Assembly: GCF_009914755.1 (NCBI RefSeq)
Contig: NC_060927.1
Origin: the human T2T-CHM13v2.0 reference genome, Homo sapiens
DNA: 64,000 nt
Reading direction: 5' to 3' (one strand)
Shown one piece after another: positions 63,201 to 64,000 of the stretch. The notes beneath the pieces were generated by a model that saw only the letters and a list, made by a program, of their open reading frames with translations, made no database searches and had not been told where the DNA came from. A program made the translations under genes and the position numbers. Each line of letters starts with the position of its first letter. Position 1 is the stretch's first letter.

Positions 63201-63585
63201 GGCTAAGAGGTAGCTACCATGTGGCTAATGAATGTGCCTAGGTAACTTCCTGTTTCTATTCAAAACTGCTGCTTTATTTGTACATTCAGAAATATTTTTT
63301 TCAACTATGAAATTTCAATATCAATTTTTTAAGCCAGTTTCTGCAAAAGGAAATGACCTGTCATTTGATGTGTTCATGTGTGTTTTGTGTTTGGATAGTT
63401 TATATCATGCCATTCTATAAAATGTATGTTTTCAAACCAAAAAGAAAAAAAATAGAAGGAAAACAACGGCACATACTCAAATTTGCCCTGCTTTGTCTGT
63501 TGTCTTACCTAAGACTTGTTTTGAAGAGCCAAGTCTGGGAGAGAAAAAAAAGCATCAACAGGTAAGCAGCATTACATTGTGTGGT

Positions 63586-63591
63586 AATAAA
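63586..63591 (+). promoter_or_regulatory. Candidate polyadenylation signal AATAAA
   Basis: Canonical hexamer in the 3' UTR, with a U/GU-rich tract downstream. Confidence 0.45.
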
Positions 63592-63659
63592 CCAAAATAA
63601 GTTTTCAATATATACAGACAACAGAATTCAAATTTAATCAACAAAATATATTGTAGTGA

Positions 63660-63704
63660 TTTGTTTGTTTGTTTGTTTGAGACGGAGTCTCGCTCTGTCG
63701 CCCA
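63660..63704 (-). mobile_element. Very short Alu 3' end with (TTTG)n tail, inside the 3' UTR
   Basis: tttgagacggagtctcgctctgtcgccca, with CpGs intact. Confidence 0.85.
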
Positions 63705-64000
63705 TCCTAACTAGGACTATAATCTTTTTTTTTTTCTTTAAGTTGAAGTTAATTTTCTGTGCATTCTGGTCCACCAGATTTTCAAGCATTTATTTGGATG
63801 TTTCCATTTTTCCTTTTGACTTTAATAGCCAAGACTTAGCTTAAACATCAGGAAACAAACTAAAGCCACAATCCAAATGAGAGAAACACTGTCTCGTCTA
63901 AACTCTAGTTTCATGGTCAGTGCAACAGTGAGTTTTCTTTTAATAATGGTATGGTATTGTCAAGGGAGGCAAAGTGTTCATGGTAACTTGGAGCTCCCCA

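Larger units (their letters stand above)
60269..64000 (+). other. RBMS3: RBMS3 3' UTR (long, A/U-tract rich; probably continues beyond the window)
   Basis: Follows the stop codon. Nearly repeat-free, with many U- and A-runs. ATTAAA at ~60494 and ~61292, AATAAA at 63586-63591. Confidence 0.8.

Overview
This is primate genomic DNA, almost certainly human. It covers the 3' end of RBMS3 (RNA-binding motif single-stranded-interacting protein 3) on the + strand. Four coding exons can be read directly with GT-AG boundaries: 611-658, 44548-44628, 47488-47615 and 60262-60268. They splice to IQSQDRIMILHQLLCQ-YMTAAAPMQG...AYSYQQSKP*, followed by a long A/U-rich 3' UTR. The introns are filled with transposable elements: a complete THE1 MaLR provirus, an internally deleted L1PB, a full-length L1PA7/8-like element (-), a full-length L1PA2/3-like element (+) with open ORF1 and ORF0, Alus, hAT/mariner MITEs, and L2/MIR relics. 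Almost all short ORFs in the track are repeat-derived or chance. I found no prokaryote-type system, RNA gene or CRISPR array. The most notable architecture is an ~8 kb island holding the two penultimate coding exons, bracketed head-to-head by two inverted ~6 kb L1s. That layout predicts pre-mRNA fold-back, a 209-nt circRNA with a self-closing ORF, exon skipping to an alternative C-terminus, and converging L1 antisense promoters. These functional ideas are inference and untested. Repeat subfamily names come from recalled consensus sequences and need RepeatMasker/Dfam confirmation.
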